Source of the DNA: an uncultured archaeon
Lineage (GTDB): Archaea; Thermoproteota; EX4484-205; JAAOZP01
Length of the DNA: 64,000 nucleotides
Assembly: GCA_938045545.1 (NCBI GenBank)
Contig: CALIBN010000010.1
Span: forward strand, 46,240-110,239
Direction of reading: 5' to 3'
This document shows, piece by piece, positions 59,834 to 64,000 of this stretch. Position 1 is the stretch's first letter, and every line of letters starts with the position of its first letter. A program made the translations under genes and the position numbers. The notes beneath the pieces were generated by a model. The model was not told the origin of the DNA and did not search any database. It saw nothing but the letters and a program-made list of their open reading frames with translations.

Positions 59834-60769
59834 ATGAGCGGGGAGATAGTTGACTACAGGCTGGAGGGAGTTGAAACCTTCTCGGAGCTTCTGAGAAGAA
59901 TGAGGAGAGGATGGGGGTTTGAGGCAGCGCAGTTTGCCAAAGCCCATGAAATCATGCTTGAAATGGTTAACGACAAGGAATGCGTGAAATTCCTATCCTT
60001 TACTGCAAACATTGTTTCAACAGGCTTGAGAGGAGTCATTGCTGAAATGGTTGAAAAAGGACTGTGCGACGTCATAATAACCACGGGCGGGACGTTCGAC
60101 CATGACATTGCTAAGAGCATTGGGAAGTATTACAGGGGAGAATTTATCATGAATGACAGGGATCTGAGGAGGAAGGATACCCACAGGCTGGGCAACATCC
60201 TGATACCGCAGGACTCTTACGGGGTGGCAATTGAATCCTTCACAATACCCCTGCTGAGGGAGATAACGATGGAGAAAAAAATTTTCAGCAGCAGGGAGCT
60301 TGCTGAGGAGGTTGGGAAAAGGCTGAAAGACAGGAACTCGATACTCAGAGCAGCATACGAGAGGAAAGTACCCGTGTACACGCCTGGGCTGGTTGACTCA
60401 GCGTTCGGCACGCAGCTCTTCATATTCTCGCAGACAAACGAGTTCACCCTGAACCTGTTAAAAGACATGAAGGAGCTTTCAGACATCGTGTTCTCCTCTA
60501 GGAAGACGGGTGCACTAATCCTGGGGGGAGGGATAAGCAAGCATCACACGATATGGTGGAACCAGTTTAAAGGAGGATTAGACTACGCCGTGTCTCTAAC
60601 GACAGCATACGAGTTCGACGGAAGCCTATCAGGAGCAAGACTCGAGGAAGCAATAACGTGGAACAAGATTAGGGAGAACGCTGCCATAGCGCTCGTCCAT
60701 GTGGATGTTACACTAGCCCTACCACTGCTCTTGGCAGCAGTCTACGAGGAAAAGGCAAAACAAGGCTGA
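59834..60769 (+). CDS. dys: deoxyhypusine synthase
   Basis: FTANIVSTGLR, RLGNI, GGGISKHH, DGSLSGA..EAITW.K. Confidence 0.94.
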   Translation: MSGEIVDYRLEGVETFSELLRRMRRGWGFEAAQFAKAHEIMLEMVNDKECVKFLSFTANIVSTGLRGVIAEMVEKGLCDVIITTGGTFDHDIAKSIGKYYRGEFIMNDRDLRRKDTHRLGNILIPQDSYGVAIESFTIPLLREITMEKKIFSSRELAEEVGKRLKDRNSILRAAYERKVPVYTPGLVDSAFGTQLFIFSQTNEFTLNLLKDMKELSDIVFSSRKTGALILGGGISKHHTIWWNQFKGGLDYAVSLTTAYEFDGSLSGARLEEAITWNKIRENAAIALVHVDVTLALPLLLAAVYEEKAKQG

Positions 60770-60867
60770 ACTAGCGCAGGGTTCACGAGGGACGTGCAAT
60801 GGTGGGTTCCGCTCCAGCGGTGAACCAGGAGAAATCGTTTAAACCGCCAGTGCAGAGCTAAAGCATA

Positions 60868-61554
60868 CTAAAGTTTCCCTTGGTTCGCATCTAGTCTGAT
60901 GCATGTGAAAAGCATTTGATTCCCCTCTCTGCCGACGCAGGCTATTGCCCCGATTTTTCTGAGCACGTAAGTTATTTTCCGTGACTGACTAACTGGTATT
61001 CCAAGTCTTTCGGAAAGATCTCTATTTGTAAAAGGACGTGGAAGGTCTTCAGGTAGCACTTTCAGTAAATCTGTTTTTTGTTCGAAAACTATTCTTTCTA
61101 AGACGCGGAGCAACCTTCTATCCTCTATGCTCACACCCCTTCTACTCCAGCTTCCCCTCCCGTCGTTACACCACGTTTCTTCCATTTCAATCATTAAAAC
61201 CTCGATGCTGAAGTTGCTTTTCGAGAGTAGGTCCGGTATTCCTACTAATTCGTTGAAAATGTCGGTTAGTCGACCCTTTCTCTGAGACCTTCTCCTACCA
61301 TAGGTTTCTCCAGTGGCCATGGATTTGTAAACAATCCATTTCACCCTGGGTATTGGGTAGACTAGGCGAACCTTATGGTTATCCAGTAGACGCAAGAGCT
61401 TCGGCTTTATCGCTGAAAAATTGGCAACCTGTATTTCAATCAATAGGTCTCCACGCACTATGTCCACTATAAAACCGTCCACACGATCTTCCAGTTTATC
61501 TCCATCAAGAAAGTACCATTTCTTTATTGCAGAGTGAAGCGAGCTTTCTCTCAT
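60868..61554 (-). CDS. hypothetical PD-(D/E)XK-fold protein with C-terminal HTH-like segment
   Basis: ESSLH..IK, IVDIV...IEIQ; start uncertain. Confidence 0.55.
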   Translation of the reverse strand: MRESSLHSAIKKWYFLDGDKLEDRVDGFIVDIVRGDLLIEIQVANFSAIKPKLLRLLDNHKVRLVYPIPRVKWIVYKSMATGETYGRRRSQRKGRLTDIFNELVGIPDLLSKSNFSIEVLMIEMEETWCNDGRGSWSRRGVSIEDRRLLRVLERIVFEQKTDLLKVLPEDLPRPFTNRDLSERLGIPVSQSRKITYVLRKIGAIACVGREGNQMLFTCIRLDANQGKL

Positions 61555-61743
61555 CGAACTGAACGAGTTGTTCGAAACTGAGGACCGACTCATTCTCCTT
61601 ATGGTTTCAGCCCTACGCGATAAAAAGATTCCTAATCCTTCCATTAGGCCAATGGAATAAAGAATATGGGGAAGAAGAGGATTTGCAGCTAGAAAGGGTC
61701 TCAGAACCAATTCCATGGAAAAATTTAAAATCCTTCAAGCAAG

Positions 61744-63060
61744 GTGATTAATGTGTGCAAAGTGAGCAGAATAACCATTTCTAAAACTCGAGACTATTTC
61801 TTGAAAGACGGCGCGAAATTCTTCTATCTTGCAGACACCTGCTGGAGTGCTTTCACTAATCCCACTTTCGAAGAATGGGAGTATTATCTTGAATATAGGA
61901 GAATGCAAGGGTTTAACGTCCTGCAGATAAACATTCTGCCTCAGCATGATAGAAGCCCGTCGGAAAACTATGTCGACCCCTTTGAAACATTTCCTGATGG
62001 AAGGTGGGACTTTAACCGGAGGAACGAGAAATACTTCGACAGGGCGGAAAAGATGGTTGAGATGGTTGTTGAGCGAGGCTTCACCCCAGCATTAGTAGTA
62101 TTATGGTGCAACTATGTTAAGGGAACATGGGGTTCAAAAATAAGCCCGTCTAAGATTATTCCGATGGATGAACTGGAGGAGTATGCGAGCTATGTGGCGG
62201 AAAGATACGGGAAGTATAATCCGATTTTCATAATAAGCGGAGACACGAATTTTGAAACCGGAGACTCCATTGAGTACTATAAGACTGCTTTCGAAATAGT
62301 TGATAAAACATGTCCTGATTCCCTAAAAACTATGCATTTAGCAGGGGGACTATGGCAGGTGCCGGAGACCCTTGTTAAACTACCGAGTTACGATTTCTAC
62401 ATGTACCAATCGGGACACGGGAAGGATGCTCAGCATCTTTCATATGAACTTGCCCAGAGGTTTTACAATATGCCGGTTAAGAGGCCTGTGGTGAATGGTG
62501 AACCCTGCTACGAGGGAATAGGTTCAATCGGATCCTACAGTAAGTACGGGAGGTTCAATAGTTTCGACGTTAGAAAGGCTGTTTGGCAGAGCCTTCTTTC
62601 AGGAGCTAAGGCTGGGGTAACATATGGGGCGCATGGCATATGGTCATGGCAGGGAGAAGGTGAAAACCTAAAGTATCCGGAAAAATATGCTTCAATCTAC
62701 GGTGCTCCTTACTACTGGCGTATTGCCCTACGATTCCCAGGAGCATTCGACGTATCTTTCAGCAAATGGGTTTTTGAAAAATACGATCTCTTCGACATAA
62801 AGCCTGCTAACGAGAGGCTTCTAAACGAAACTGCTGAAATCAGGGTTTCAGAGGGAGAAGGCAAGATAATAGTTTACACCCCCTTCAACACGGATATAAA
62901 ACTAAAAAGTGACGAGTCATACAGTAAGTGGGAAGGGATAGATCTGGAAACAAGAAGAGTCTTTAAGCCGAAAGTTGAAATTACAGAAAACGGCTTTATA
63001 ATAAAAATGACTGAGTTTAACAATGATCTCCTAATAATCGGAAGCCGAATGCGAAGATGA
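61744..63060 (+). CDS. DUF4038/apiosidase-like glycoside hydrolase
   Basis: FFYLADTCW, YRRMQGFN, MYQSGH, PVVNGEPCYE, GVTYGAHGIW. Confidence 0.82.
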   Translation: MINVCKVSRITISKTRDYFLKDGAKFFYLADTCWSAFTNPTFEEWEYYLEYRRMQGFNVLQINILPQHDRSPSENYVDPFETFPDGRWDFNRRNEKYFDRAEKMVEMVVERGFTPALVVLWCNYVKGTWGSKISPSKIIPMDELEEYASYVAERYGKYNPIFIISGDTNFETGDSIEYYKTAFEIVDKTCPDSLKTMHLAGGLWQVPETLVKLPSYDFYMYQSGHGKDAQHLSYELAQRFYNMPVKRPVVNGEPCYEGIGSIGSYSKYGRFNSFDVRKAVWQSLLSGAKAGVTYGAHGIWSWQGEGENLKYPEKYASIYGAPYYWRIALRFPGAFDVSFSKWVFEKYDLFDIKPANERLLNETAEIRVSEGEGKIIVYTPFNTDIKLKSDESYSKWEGIDLETRRVFKPKVEITENGFIIKMTEFNNDLLIIGSRMRR

Positions 63061-63063
63061 AGG

Positions 63064-63260
63064 GTGAGGATTCTTTTCATTGAGCTCCCTAAGGACTTTT
63101 GGTTCCTAATAGGTGACCATTTAGCATCACCATACGGGCATCAGCTCGCAGCCTATCTTGAAAAAGAGTTGAAAACCTGGAGATCGAAGCCCTAGATTGC
63201 AATGCTCAGTCTAGCGATAGAAAACCTGGTAGAACGCTTAGTCAAGCTCCAGGAACATTC
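63064..63260 (+). pseudogene. N-terminal fragment of a B12-binding radical SAM-type protein
   Basis: RILFIE.P......PYG..QLAAYLE...IEALDC across frameshifts. Confidence 0.45.
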
Positions 63261-63779
63261 TGATGACACTGACGTAACCGTTTTTCGTGCACGCCATGTT
63301 CGGCATTGTTCCAGCTTCCCTGAACCCCAGCTTTTTGTAAACGTGGCGTGCCCTAGCGTTCGTAGCATAAACATCCAGAACCAGCAGCCTAAGCCCAATC
63401 CTCCTAGATTCTTCGGTAAGCGTTTTCAGCATTCTTGTGCCGATGCCAAGATCCCTGTATTCTCTAGCGACACCTACGCCGAGGAACCCGACGTGGCTCT
63501 GAGACCCCGTGCCCCGGGTGACCTCGGAGTTTCCAACTACCTTGCCGTCTACCTCCGCCACAACCCCTATGGTCTTTCCTTTCTCTATGTTCGCTAGGAG
63601 ACTGGCAGCCATTCAGCCTCCTCTTCCCTCGTAACCTTCCTGTTTACAGTGATGTTCGTTCCCTCCTCGACCAGCGAGTTAATGAAGCTCATGGGTTCAT
63701 CCAGGTCCTCCTACCTCGGAGACCTTAAGACTAGCCTCCGCCCATCGCTTAATTGAAACTCGCCGAATATTTTCACCAT
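63238..63779 (-). pseudogene. GNAT acetyltransferase with in-frame TAG and frameshift
   Basis: GVAREYRDLGIG, N.RA..VYKKLGF; the 5' part MVKIFGEF...SPR*EDLD lies in another frame. Confidence 0.8.
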
Positions 63780-64000
63780 TTGTTTGCACGCTCCATGATG
63801 AGCGACATCCGAAGCAAAAGAATGGAAGCTTTTAAATTCGAATAAGGCAAAATAATAGCGATCCCGCTGTGAGGAAAGGGTGGTGTGGCTTTGACGGCTG
63901 CAAGGATTGTTACTATTTCTTTTTAAGGCTTTGCCGCGGTTGCTCTTTTAAGATGTGTCTCGTGGCCCAGTGCCAGAGGGGTTTTCAATACACCGGGATA

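Noticed and set aside
248-60540. Numerous antisense or overlapping ORFs in the ORF track (e.g. 3658..4137, 13376..13891, 23206..23694, 45400..45969)
   Set aside because: Shadow frames of well-supported genes on the other strand with no family motifs.
63690-63720. In-frame TAG in the GNAT gene as stop-codon recoding (pyrrolysine)
   Set aside because: The same gene also has a frameshift, TAG ends many ribosomal genes here, and TGG-to-TAG decay explains it.

Overview
Archaeal chromosome segment, most likely TACK/Thermoproteota. The ribosomal protein set, a cbf5 mRNA intron and non-canonical tRNA introns point there; xylan-degradation genes would fit a Brockarchaeia/Bathyarchaeia-like organism (inference only). 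About half the window is conserved translation and transcription machinery: the S13-S4-S11-RpoD-L18e-L13-S9-RpoN-S2 cluster, the S19 to SecY-cmk-L14e-cbf5 cluster and the S19e to P1 cluster. It also holds six tRNA genes (five with introns) and housekeeping or carbohydrate genes. Between these blocks lie patchwork accessory zones (about 6.5-12.5, 25.4-29.7, 38.5-43.5, 46.3-46.7, 52.6-57.6 and 60.8-64 kb) made of short cassettes and truncated genes. The most notable signals are: (1) a purine-pyrimidine-alternating motif (roughly TAGCGYGC/GCRCGCTA, often a fused palindrome) sitting repeatedly at cassette ends and gene-truncation points; (2) a tRNA-adjacent module, seen at three loci, in which a conserved immunity-like gene (four copies) converges on a large protein with a variable C-terminal PD-(D/E)XK nuclease, with an upstream Cys-rich/TGT-like/metallophosphoesterase fusion gene; (3) a 13-nt BHB intron in cbf5, D-arm and anticodon-stem tRNA introns, CTG start codons and an inverted rps11. 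All calls were made by eye without database searches.
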